Shown here one piece after another: positions 1 to 9,195 of a stretch of DNA of 64,000 nt. Both the position numbers and the translations under genes were made by a program. A model generated the notes under the pieces. That model was given only the letters and a program-made list of their open reading frames with translations. It was not told where the DNA came from and did not search any database. The stretch spans positions 32,001 through 96,000 of the forward strand of contig JBEULP010000117.1 in assembly GCA_041287245.1 (NCBI GenBank), read 5' to 3'. This DNA is from Infirmifilum sp. (lineage in GTDB: Archaea; Thermoproteota; Thermoprotei; Thermofilales; Thermofilaceae). Within the stretch, counting starts at the first letter, position 1. Every line of letters starts with the position of its first letter.

Positions 1-78
1 GAGACCCGGGTTTCAACCGCACATATCTTTTTAACATGGTATCATTGAACATAAATATAGAGAATGGGTGGGTAATCT

Positions 79-918
79 TTGCCTTGGATAGGGCTGGAAT
101 CATCCTGCGTGACAAGGGACCTAGAGGACTATCTTAAAGGATACGGCTATACGATTCTTAGGACCTTTGAGATCGAGCTTTTAGTCAAGGATGTATGGAG
201 AAAATTCACTGTTTACGAGGTAGTTGGGTTCGCTGAAGGTGTTGCAGAGATACTAGCTGAAACGTTCAACTGCCCCGCAATTGAAGCCGGGCCGCATCTC
301 ATACTTGGTGAGGTCTCTGCTAAGCTATGGGATGAGGCTGTTAAGGTTGTTATGCCGTCGGGCGAGTCTTTTACGATTCCTGTTTATACCTATGATGGTT
401 TTCTCGATATTAAAATGCCCACCTCTAAGGTAAGAGGTTTAAAAGGAGAGATTATAATCGCTGGTAAGACCTTCTCCTTGCCTTTAACCGAAAATGACTT
501 CCATGAGCTAATGATTATGGATAGGAGAATCAAGGAGAAGATCGAGAAGGCTATCTCGGTTTATGGGGTGAAAAAAATACTTAGTGAGGATTTCCTTGGA
601 AAGATCAAAGAGTCAGGAACAGGGGAAGGTATAAAATCAGGACGCCTCATGTACGAGATTGACGATTCAACCAAGATGGTTCTTTGCTTATATGAAGGAA
701 AGCTTACATCGATGAACCTGCAACGCTTTGCCATATTTCTTGTTGAAAAGGAGCTATTCGATGAGCTAAGAGAATTTTCCAAGAAATTGGTACCAGCTGA
801 TCGGAAGATTGTATTAAAAGCTTTACAAGAATACTTCGAGCTTTATGAGAATTCAATAAAACATCGCGATCGTTTAAAAAACATCATGGAAGAACTAGAG
901 AAAAACGTTGAAAAATGA
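79..918 (+). CDS. hypothetical protein (279 aa)
   Basis: Long ORF, TTG start preceded by GGGTGGGT SD-like motif; no family motif recognised. Confidence 0.7.
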   Translation: MPWIGLESSCVTRDLEDYLKGYGYTILRTFEIELLVKDVWRKFTVYEVVGFAEGVAEILAETFNCPAIEAGPHLILGEVSAKLWDEAVKVVMPSGESFTIPVYTYDGFLDIKMPTSKVRGLKGEIIIAGKTFSLPLTENDFHELMIMDRRIKEKIEKAISVYGVKKILSEDFLGKIKESGTGEGIKSGRLMYEIDDSTKMVLCLYEGKLTSMNLQRFAIFLVEKELFDELREFSKKLVPADRKIVLKALQEYFELYENSIKHRDRLKNIMEELEKNVEK

Positions 919-992
919 TTGGCTTAGTTAATTACAATGTTTTAAAGGCTACCTAGAAAAAATAAATATATGCGTGTCAAGAATAAAAATCG

Positions 993-2198
993 ATGCCAAA
1001 ATTAGCTACACGTACTCAAACAATTGTGAGCTCTCCCATTAGACGTATAGCTACCCTTCTTGACGAAGCCAGGCGTAAAGGCGACATTATCAGTTTCGGC
1101 GGAGGCGCCCCTAGCCTACCACCACCTCCAGAAGTGGTAGATTATCTCGTTGAAAACTTAAAGAAAAGCCCTCAAAAGACCGTCGCTTACGGTAGCACTC
1201 GAGGAATGCTAGAGTTACGTGAGCTTATTGCCCAGGATCTGAAAAAATACTGGAATGTCTCCTATGACCCCAAGGAAGAAATAATGATTGTTAACGGGGG
1301 GACCGAAGGGATTTACCTAGCTTTAGGGGCAATTCTCGAACCTGGAGACGAAGTTATTCTTATAGACCCAACTTATGTTGGTTACGCCGAGCCCATACGC
1401 TTGTTTGGAGGTAGAGTACGCCACGTACCTGTTAGGGTTGAGGAAGGTTACCAGCCTAGCATCGAAGAAGTGAAGAAAGTTGTTTCCCCGTTAACAAAAG
1501 CATTCATTTTGCTCTCACCAGATAACCCAACAGGAAGAATAGTAACTCCCGAGTTTGTAAGTGGATTAGTAAAACTCGCACAGGAATATGATTTCTGGAT
1601 CATCTTTGACGCTGTTTACAAGCATATAAGCTACGGGCGACCAACACCCTGGGTCGACTCCTTTCCTGGTGCCAGAGAGAGAACAATAACCATAAACAGC
1701 TTCAGCAAAGAAGCATCCATTCCAGGCTTTAGATTAGGATATGTCACCGCACCTCCCGAGGTTTTAGAGGCTATGGAGAAGATAAAACAGTATGTTTCAT
1801 TAGCCCCTGATACGCCGGGGCAAATAGCTATGATTAAGTTTTATGAAACCGGTCTAAAAGAACACTATTTAAACGAGATAGTTCTACCAACGTATAAAAA
1901 GCGCCGTGACCTCATGTATAAACTCATAATGGAATACCTACCTGACGCCCAAACTACATTGCCGGAGGGAGCATTCTACTTCTTCGTTAACATTCAGCGA
2001 TACTTAGAGGCAATGGGTCGAGATGACGAAGAATTCTCTAACAGGCTCTTATACAGGAAAAGTGTCGTCGTGATACCTGGTAAATATTTCGGAGAAAACG
2101 GGAAAGGTCACGTGAGAATGACCTTTGTAAGTGAGCCTGAGGAGAGAATAGAAGAAGGAATAAAGAGGATGAACGCCTACATCACAAGTTATCTTTAA
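993..2198 (+). CDS. PLP-dependent class I/II aminotransferase (aspartate aminotransferase-like)
   Basis: YGSTRG, GGTEG, DPTY, PDNPTG, DAVY, SFSK (PLP lysine), GFRLGY, PEGAFY motifs. Confidence 0.93.
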   Translation: MPKLATRTQTIVSSPIRRIATLLDEARRKGDIISFGGGAPSLPPPPEVVDYLVENLKKSPQKTVAYGSTRGMLELRELIAQDLKKYWNVSYDPKEEIMIVNGGTEGIYLALGAILEPGDEVILIDPTYVGYAEPIRLFGGRVRHVPVRVEEGYQPSIEEVKKVVSPLTKAFILLSPDNPTGRIVTPEFVSGLVKLAQEYDFWIIFDAVYKHISYGRPTPWVDSFPGARERTITINSFSKEASIPGFRLGYVTAPPEVLEAMEKIKQYVSLAPDTPGQIAMIKFYETGLKEHYLNEIVLPTYKKRRDLMYKLIMEYLPDAQTTLPEGAFYFFVNIQRYLEAMGRDDEEFSNRLLYRKSVVVIPGKYFGENGKGHVRMTFVSEPEERIEEGIKRMNAYITSYL

Positions 2199-2572
2199 GT
2201 AGATATTTTTGCCTCCATGATTTTCTTTTTTATATCTCTCAGAGTGTATAATAGCACGCCCAGCCTTGCATCTTTACTGAACAGAACCGCCATGTAGCCT
2301 ATCTCGCCTAGTTTTATGTATATTATGCCAGAGCCGTCCGGCGCGTTAACGGTGATCCAATCAGCCTCTCCCTTACCTAATTCAGTGCTCGCTCTATTTC
2401 CAACTTCGGATAGCACGGCAGTTAAAGCCGCTACCTTTTCCTCTAGATCTTTATCCGTTAAGCTGCTAAGGAGTGGAAGACCATCACTAGTAGCAACGAC
2501 AAATCCCTCAAAACCCGCTACACGAGTTACAGGCTCGATGAGCCGTCTTAAGACTTCAAGGTTAAGGCTCAA
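2195..2572 (-). CDS. Roadblock/LC7 (MglB-like) domain protein
   Basis: 125 aa; FVVATSDGLPLLS, KVAALTA, LGVLLYTLR pattern typical of Roadblock/LC7. Confidence 0.88.
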   Translation of the reverse strand: MSLNLEVLRRLIEPVTRVAGFEGFVVATSDGLPLLSSLTDKDLEEKVAALTAVLSEVGNRASTELGKGEADWITVNAPDGSGIIYIKLGEIGYMAVLFSKDARLGVLLYTLRDIKKKIMEAKIST

Positions 2573-2628
2573 TTTTTACACCAAGGCTATACTCTGAATC
2601 CCTAAATATATGTTTAATTTGTAATATT

Positions 2629-3171
2629 TTATGTTAACCCGCCACTCCTAGAAGATAAAATAACTTCGACTACTCGGTTCAAGACTTTCAGAGCCGATTC
2701 TCTGTTGAGCGCGACTAAAGGCATGACAAGGTTAGGGTCTACGTTGAATATTTGAGCAACAACATTAGGTTTTATGCTACTTTGGAGATCCTGCTTATTT
2801 ACCGCTATAACATGTGGATAGTGTCCAAGACTTTTCATGTATTCATATATAGTGCGGGAACGCATGACTTGTAGCATGTTAGATCCGTCAACGATAAAAA
2901 TGTAGCCGTGCATTCCAGTGGAGAGAACACGCCACATAAATTGGAGCCGTGTCTGCCCAGGTGTCCCAAATAGATATACATCTATGCCGTTTACACTTGT
3001 CCGACAATAGTCGAATGCCACAGTTGTATATTGTTTTACCTGGGACTCATAAAGTGTGGAGACAGGTACCTCCGTCGTCAAAACCTTTCCTTGCGATATT
3101 GTTTTAACAAACGTTGTTTTTCCACTAGCATAGGGCCCGCTAACCAGTATTTTTAGATAGTTTCTTTGCAT
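2629..3171 (-). CDS. small Ras-like GTPase, MglA/CvnD-type
   Basis: G1 GPYASGKT, G2 TTVAFD, G3 variant GTPGQ-x-R, G4 NKQD. Confidence 0.9.
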   Translation of the reverse strand: MQRNYLKILVSGPYASGKTTFVKTISQGKVLTTEVPVSTLYESQVKQYTTVAFDYCRTSVNGIDVYLFGTPGQTRLQFMWRVLSTGMHGYIFIVDGSNMLQVMRSRTIYEYMKSLGHYPHVIAVNKQDLQSSIKPNVVAQIFNVDPNLVMPLVALNRESALKVLNRVVEVILSSRSGGLT

Positions 3172-3556
3172 CTACTTGACCCACCCCGGCTACTTTGACA
3201 AGTTCATCCTCGTACTTCCTTAAAACAAGGTGTATAAGCCCTAGGTTGGGGCGTGTGATTGATGATAAAGCTATAAAGGATCCGTCCACTGATGAAATAA
3301 TAACATGTTCACCGTTCTCAAACTCCACGTCGACCCTTTTAACCCGGCTCCCAAAAATATCTCCCAAGGCATCCAGGGAGCCGAGCGCAGCAGCTGATGC
3401 CACTGATAAGAACTCTGCTTGTGATTGATCGGGAGAGATGAAGGATACTGGTATCCCGTCGCGCCATGCGAAAACTATGGATGTTACCATATCATGTGTT
3501 TCCTTGATTATTTTAGCGAGGATTCCTCGAAGTTGTATTTCTTTCTCTGAGCTCAA
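3140..3556 (-). CDS. Roadblock/LC7 (MglB-like) domain protein
   Basis: IVFAWRDGIPVS, VEFENGEHVII, PNLGLIHLVL motifs; GGTGGTG SD; overlaps the GTPase start. Confidence 0.88.
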   Translation of the reverse strand: MSSEKEIQLRGILAKIIKETHDMVTSIVFAWRDGIPVSFISPDQSQAEFLSVASAAALGSLDALGDIFGSRVKRVDVEFENGEHVIISSVDGSFIALSSITRPNLGLIHLVLRKYEDELVKVAGVGQVDAKKLSKNTG

Positions 3557-3571
3557 ACTACACCACCAAAG

Positions 3572-4318
3572 TTACATTATCTTTGATAACACATCTCTAA
3601 AATATTTTCCTATCGTTTCTCGAATTTCTTCGATTCTAGCCTCGTCCAACCCCAATCCGTCTTCAAACTCCAGGATACCATAAATAGTCAGATCCTTAAC
3701 ATCGCCAAGGCGGAATAGCTCGATTCGTCTATTACTTCTCACTAAAGTGGTTTTCTCCATATTTGATACCCGTAAAACTTCCAACAATTTAGGCGGTTCC
3801 TCGCTACATTGGCCATAGCTTTTCACAATATAGCCTTGTGACGTAATAATTCCCGCATATTTAACTTCTGGGAAATAAAGCCCTATCTCGTTAACATCAT
3901 TTATTTTCTTGATCTCGCGTGTTATAGGCCTAGCAGGCTTAGTATAGCTGCTCAGGGGTACGGTTTCAGCTGTTTTTCTTTTCTCCAATATATAGACCCT
4001 TCCCTCTAAAGCGGTAACTTTTGACTCTAACTGTGAAAACCCCTCTTGTATTTTATTCAGGCTGTTTTTAACAGCTGCTAGCTCTGAGGACAGTGTCTGT
4101 TGAGCTGTTTCAATAGAGCCAAGTTTTTCCACATATTTCTCCAAGTCCCCGCTCTTCTTAGGAGTTTGTGAGAGTTCGCGTACAATAAAACGTAGGAGAT
4201 AGATAAAGGCTGCCAAGACGCCGATTGAGACTCCTAAGGCTAAGATTGCAATAATGAGTGTTGAGGAAGTATCACTAACCAATTGGTAATGGAGGTTGGC
4301 ATGTGTATAATGAAGCAT
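3572..4318 (-). CDS. single-pass membrane protein with coiled coil and putative C-terminal Roadblock-like domain
   Basis: Hydrophobic segment TLIIAILALGVSIGVLAAFIYLL, heptad-rich region ca. aa 57-113, C-terminal VKYAGIITSQGYIV segment. Confidence 0.65.
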   Translation of the reverse strand: MLHYTHANLHYQLVSDTSSTLIIAILALGVSIGVLAAFIYLLRFIVRELSQTPKKSGDLEKYVEKLGSIETAQQTLSSELAAVKNSLNKIQEGFSQLESKVTALEGRVYILEKRKTAETVPLSSYTKPARPITREIKKINDVNEIGLYFPEVKYAGIITSQGYIVKSYGQCSEEPPKLLEVLRVSNMEKTTLVRSNRRIELFRLGDVKDLTIYGILEFEDGLGLDEARIEEIRETIGKYFRDVLSKIM

Positions 4319-4417
4319 AAAACCTCTATGATAACTTAAGCTTTAAAATATATAAAAATATTCAACAATAAAAGATGAGTTCTCACGCACTCTAGCCATC
4401 TTATTTTAAACATCTTG

Positions 4418-5608
4418 TCAGCTATCAGATTCAATAGCGTTTCTTAAGAGTTTAGCCACGTCTTCAGGTGCGATTCTCACAACCCTAACTGAGTCTAAAA
4501 CTTCGATTCCTCCGATTCTCTCGAATGGGACGAAGTCTATGAACATGTGGAAGAACGACTGATAGCCAAACGGATTGCTGTAAATAAGCACATATCTATC
4601 ACGTACGACCCCAACCTTATCCATGGCCCTTGAGATCAAGATGAGTATTTCTGAAAGACCATCGATCTCACGGTCGTCAAGATCAGTAAGCCTCTCTACA
4701 TGCCTCTTAGGAGCTATTCTAACATGAAAATTTCTACGCGGAGCCGAGGTCGCCCATGCGATCCAAGTGGCATTCTCAAAGACTAGTCTCTCATCATGTC
4801 TCGAGGAACATATGTGGCATTTACCTCTCATCATGTCAAAAGCCTGGAGCACGTTCTCCATAAAGGCTCCGTGGCCGTCCTGATTGAGATCCATGTATGC
4901 CTGGGCGTGCAGTCTTGGTTGGCTCCCCCCAGCCATTAAACCAACATTAAAGAAAACATAAAGCGGGATTAGTGTAAATCCCCTCTTTTTAGCTTCTTCT
5001 ACACCAAAGCTAACCGCACTCAGAAGTGATTTAAACATAGCAGAGAGTGAGGTAACATCAGCCTCGCTAAAAGTTTCATAGTACGTGGATGCTGGGAAGG
5101 CAACAAGATTTATTCCATGCGCAATCCTGGTGTATTCATCCTCGATTTTTGGCTTAAGCTGTTCTTCTAACTGTTCATCTATGACTCTAACCATTGCAGG
5201 GTATCTGTTAACGATAGTTACTGCCGTTGCGTCTCTAACGTCAAGCATCACAGGCTCTGCGCTAAAAACACTGTCAAACCTATTGCGGTCGATGGAGATG
5301 AAGATTGCATAATCACGCCCCTCAAGTATCTCCTTGAATGTATCCTTTACCCTCTCAGTTCTTTCCTCTCCCCCCGGTCTGGCCGAGCGAATAGGGCTCA
5401 CATAGGAAAAGTGACCTTTCCATTTTCCGATTGGTATCATCTTTCCAGTAGCATCGGGAAGCAGAATCGGGGCTGCTGACAACGGGTCCCATTTTTTACG
5501 TGGGATAAGGTGTAGTTTCTCGCTGGAAAAATTGTGGCGGGTTATGATTCCCCAGTGCATGAACGGGATATCCTCAATCCTCATATAGGATTTTACGTTT
5601 TGTGACAA
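4418..5608 (-). CDS. GalT/HIT-superfamily nucleotidyltransferase (galactose-1-phosphate uridylyltransferase-like)
   Basis: NRYPA, FNVGLMAGGSQPRLHAQ (GalT HxHxQ region), CHIC, RIAPKRH, HMFIDF, GGIE...PEDVA. Confidence 0.75.
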   Translation of the reverse strand: MSQNVKSYMRIEDIPFMHWGIITRHNFSSEKLHLIPRKKWDPLSAAPILLPDATGKMIPIGKWKGHFSYVSPIRSARPGGEERTERVKDTFKEILEGRDYAIFISIDRNRFDSVFSAEPVMLDVRDATAVTIVNRYPAMVRVIDEQLEEQLKPKIEDEYTRIAHGINLVAFPASTYYETFSEADVTSLSAMFKSLLSAVSFGVEEAKKRGFTLIPLYVFFNVGLMAGGSQPRLHAQAYMDLNQDGHGAFMENVLQAFDMMRGKCHICSSRHDERLVFENATWIAWATSAPRRNFHVRIAPKRHVERLTDLDDREIDGLSEILILISRAMDKVGVVRDRYVLIYSNPFGYQSFFHMFIDFVPFERIGGIEVLDSVRVVRIAPEDVAKLLRNAIESDS

Positions 5609-5613
5609 TTATA

Positions 5614-6990
5614 TCACCGAGCAAAGCCTATGACTTCAAACTCCATATATATTTCTTCGAGTATTCTTATAAAATCCTCACTTACTTCCGGATTACGTGT
5701 GGTTATAACACTAGTATAAGCTTTCCTCGCAGAATAGCCCTCCTTAATCTTCGCGTCGACCTCTAGGGCTAAATTTAACAGCGTTGTACGGCTGAAACGT
5801 GAAAGGAGAGTTTGATACGGAGCAGCGAGTTTTTCTGTTGTTTCAAGGTCAAACCCTGTTACTTGCGAGAATAATTTTAAAACGAAGGGTTTGTCGGGAA
5901 TCCGGATGTAAATAATTATTGTTTCACTCCTTGGAAGACTCCTGAGACCTGAAGCTCCAAGCTCGTGGAAAAACAATATCTTCTGTTTACAGTTCATATC
6001 CTTAATTGCGTAATCTGTGAATAGTTTCTCCTCCTCAATTGATGTCCCAGTTACTACCAGATACTTCCTAGGGGACGGTTCCTCGCAAAGCCTCCTGAAT
6101 GCTTCTACAATAGGTTCCAGGTCCCAAAAAATCAAACTTGGGTCATACTTTGTCCTGCGCTCTCTTCTTTTATAAACAGATGATTTCAATGTATAGATGT
6201 ATGAAGGTAGCTTTAACGTTGATATTTCAACCCCGTTTAGCGTTAAAGAGGTTCCTATAGAGGCGGCTAAGGCGAAGATATCTTTTGGAGTTAGCGTTCC
6301 GGTCATCTCCAACGGAACTAGCAGGAGAAAAACCTGGGGCAGCACAAGTGTACCCAGTTTTTTATCTTCTGATATTGAGGGCGCCGTTAAGGTTATTATT
6401 AGAATGAAAAACTCGACTATAAGCCTAGGATTCGAGTTAAACAAACCTATGAGATAAGAGTAGAAGAGAACCGCATCTGAAAGTTGCCCCCTGGTACTTC
6501 TAGGTAACCCGCCAGGAAGAGCTAAGAGTGGGGTGAAAAAGATGCTCGAAGTAGAGAATAGAAGAGAAAATGTAAATAAGGTACTTGTGAATATCAAGCT
6601 GGTGAAAAATGCCTCATGAGGCTTTTCTTTTGACGACAAATAATAGAGGAGCCCTAATATAACCCCCACATAGTCTGGAAATACAATAACCAGGGGAGGT
6701 AACAGTAGAAGCGTGAGCGCAGACATCCAGTCATGAATATTTTTCACCGAATCCAAAAGCAGAAAGGGTAGCAAGACGACTAGATAAAAAAACTCTCCAA
6801 TCCTATACAAAACAAAGAAGAAGACTAACAAGAATGACGGCAGCGCTGCTGAAGGACTGAAAACGGCAGAAACCAAGGGGATGAGAAATAGGTATTTTTC
6901 TGTAAGAATTTGAGGAAGAACGGAGCTATATACGATTTCAATAGACGCTACGCCGCAAAACGCTAGGAATCGCTGCTTCAAGTTAGCCAC
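5614..6990 (-). CDS. multi-pass membrane protein with a soluble C-terminal domain resembling a degenerate AAA+ module
   Basis: About 250 aa of hydrophobic segments, then a soluble domain with IYIRIPD and NPEVSEDFIRILEEIY. Confidence 0.55.
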   Translation of the reverse strand: MANLKQRFLAFCGVASIEIVYSSVLPQILTEKYLFLIPLVSAVFSPSAALPSFLLVFFFVLYRIGEFFYLVVLLPFLLLDSVKNIHDWMSALTLLLLPPLVIVFPDYVGVILGLLYYLSSKEKPHEAFFTSLIFTSTLFTFSLLFSTSSIFFTPLLALPGGLPRSTRGQLSDAVLFYSYLIGLFNSNPRLIVEFFILIITLTAPSISEDKKLGTLVLPQVFLLLVPLEMTGTLTPKDIFALAASIGTSLTLNGVEISTLKLPSYIYTLKSSVYKRRERRTKYDPSLIFWDLEPIVEAFRRLCEEPSPRKYLVVTGTSIEEEKLFTDYAIKDMNCKQKILFFHELGASGLRSLPRSETIIIYIRIPDKPFVLKLFSQVTGFDLETTEKLAAPYQTLLSRFSRTTLLNLALEVDAKIKEGYSARKAYTSVITTRNPEVSEDFIRILEEIYMEFEVIGFAR

Positions 6991-7084
6991 AGAGACACAC
7001 GCCTATCAACTGATGCCTTGTGAAGCTAAAAAGATTATTTTCCAGCATCACAAATAATTTAACTTCGTTTGGAACTTTGAACAC

Positions 7085-8182
7085 ATGCAACCTTTCAAAA
7101 ATCACATTGAGAAGCTTCTAAGAATATTAGCAGATAAAAACCTTAAAGCAGCCCTTGTTTTTTCATCCCCGAATGTTTTCTATTTTACTGGAACAGACGC
7201 GCCTATAGCCGCTTTAATTTCGGAGGACTCGAGTGTCACCCTGATATCAAACAGGTTGGAGTATCTGAGAGCAGTTGAGGAGCATGCGGTTGGAGAGGTG
7301 TACGCCTTTTCAAAGTCAAAGGACATTGCCGAATATGAGAAGATCCTTCAAGGCGACGCATATGACGCTATCAAACACCTCGTGGAAGGCGTGCCTCCTG
7401 AAAAGATAGGTGTTGCAGGGGCAGGACGTGAATTACAGGAGAAATTGAAGGAGAAGCTGGGCTCCGGTTTTCAAGATATCTCGAAGGAAATTATTTTGTT
7501 GAGAAGGCAAAAGGATCAGGTGGAGCTGGAACGGATTAAGACAGCTGCTAGGATAGCAGAGAGAGCCATGGGGAGAGCTGTTGACGCCCTTGAAAGGGGT
7601 ATAACTGAGTATGAGGTTGTTGCTGAGATATTGTCGGTTATTTTAAGGCACAGGGCTTACCCGTCGTTCGATCCTATTGTAGCCTTTGGAGAACATGCTG
7701 CTCATCCGCATGCAAAACCTTCAAATAGAGAACTCAGGGAGGGTGATTTTGTAAAAATAGACTTGGGAGCAAGATATCAAGGATATTGTAGCGACATGAC
7801 GCGTACTGTGATTTTTGGTAAGAGCTCGCCAAAACAAGAAAGAATTTTTAATGCTGTCCTTAAGGCTCAGGAACGTGCGCTCACACTTTTACGTCCCGGT
7901 GTAAAGGCTAGGCAGGTTCACGAGGCGGCGTATCAAGCTTTGCAGGAAGAGGGATTGCACTATTACTTTAATCACGGTTTGGGGCATGGCGTTGGCATTG
8001 AGATTCATGAAGAGCCCTACCTTAACGCGGAGAGCGAGACAGAGCTAATTCCAGGGGACGTAGTTACTGTTGAGCCGGGAGTTTATATGGCAGGATACCT
8101 GGGCGTGCGCATCGAAGATATGGTGTTAGTCACGAATGACGGTTCAGAAGTTTTAACCTACTTTGCACGCTCCCTCTTCTAA
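7085..8182 (+). CDS. pepQ: Xaa-Pro aminopeptidase/dipeptidase (M24B)
   Basis: PHA, IDLGA-Y-GYCSDMTRT, HGLGHGVGIEIHE, TVEPGVY, GVRIED. Confidence 0.92.
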   Translation: MQPFKNHIEKLLRILADKNLKAALVFSSPNVFYFTGTDAPIAALISEDSSVTLISNRLEYLRAVEEHAVGEVYAFSKSKDIAEYEKILQGDAYDAIKHLVEGVPPEKIGVAGAGRELQEKLKEKLGSGFQDISKEIILLRRQKDQVELERIKTAARIAERAMGRAVDALERGITEYEVVAEILSVILRHRAYPSFDPIVAFGEHAAHPHAKPSNRELREGDFVKIDLGARYQGYCSDMTRTVIFGKSSPKQERIFNAVLKAQERALTLLRPGVKARQVHEAAYQALQEEGLHYYFNHGLGHGVGIEIHEEPYLNAESETELIPGDVVTVEPGVYMAGYLGVRIEDMVLVTNDGSEVLTYFARSLF

Positions 8183-8393
8183 TCATCGGTACATCATGCT
8201 TGCCGTGGGTCTACATTTTTGATCTTTTCCTAAGGATTTAGAGTCTGTTAAGCGTAGTCGTACTTTAAGTCTCACTGGAGCCTATGTGGGACTAGGGCTT
8301 GTAACGCTGGAAAGAAGGAGTATGAGAGTATATAGTGAAGCTACAAATACTGAGGGCAGAGATAGAAGATTATCGCATTTTCCAATGTTGTCC

Positions 8394-9080
8394 CTAGAGA
8401 AATGTAGGATCATTTTTTGCGAGGAAATCATGGATTGAGCGAGCAAGACTTTGGGCTAGACGCAGGGGTTCGGGAGTTTTGCCGTGAAGAGTTAAAAGGT
8501 TAAGAACCTCTCTTACCTCTCTTTCGCTCAACCCGGCAAATCGCGCGTACACATAGCTTTTAGTGGCTTTGATATATACTCGCTCCCTTTCTCCCAGCTT
8601 GCGATACAATCTAAGTCGCTCTTCTTCTCCTGGAAAATATTCTCGAATATATTTTTCGAGGCCGTCCGACTCTTCATAGCTGAGACAAATTACAGGTATT
8701 CCCAATTCTTCGTACAAAGAAAATATATCTACAATGTTAAACCAGCTTATTATACAGCCATTAAGCATTATTATGTTGAGGTCTTTTCTTTGGGTTTCTC
8801 TCACAAGCTGAGCAATCTTGTCTGTTGCATCAAGGCCACCCACACTAACCCATGTAATGTAAAAGCCGTCGATAACACTGTCTCTCCGATAAGAGACAGC
8901 AGCGATTATGGATCGTCTCTGTTTCTTATTGAAGCACTCGGCTACTCCGAGAACTCGGAAAGCAGGTTTCGTTGGGTGTATTTTGCGTGTAGATGACTCT
9001 CGCCGCGCTAATGGAGTATGCTGTGAAAAAAGAGAAGCTTCACCGAAAAAAGAAGCGTTAAGACGATGGTTGCCTTCCAT
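8394..9080 (-). CDS. DUF99 (UPF0215) family, endonuclease V-like fold
   Basis: RVLGVAE, VGGLDAT, IMLNGCIISWFNIVD, GKTPEPLRLA; true start may be further downstream. Confidence 0.85.
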   Translation of the reverse strand: MEGNHRLNASFFGEASLFSQHTPLARRESSTRKIHPTKPAFRVLGVAECFNKKQRRSIIAAVSYRRDSVIDGFYITWVSVGGLDATDKIAQLVRETQRKDLNIIMLNGCIISWFNIVDIFSLYEELGIPVICLSYEESDGLEKYIREYFPGEEERLRLYRKLGERERVYIKATKSYVYARFAGLSEREVREVLNLLTLHGKTPEPLRLAQSLARSIHDFLAKNDPTFL

Positions 9081-9195
9081 ATACTAGCATATGGGAAACA
9101 GAGAAAAAAACCTTTGGCTTCTAGTCCCCCAGGAGGGAGTTTTCCGAGCGCTAAAACTGCCATGACGGGTCTAAGCGTTAAACCATATATGGAAG

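Noticed and set aside
8183..8393. 211-nt gap between convergent genes, checked for a small ORF or sRNA
   Set aside because: No convincing start with SD found and no proper C/D box arrangement
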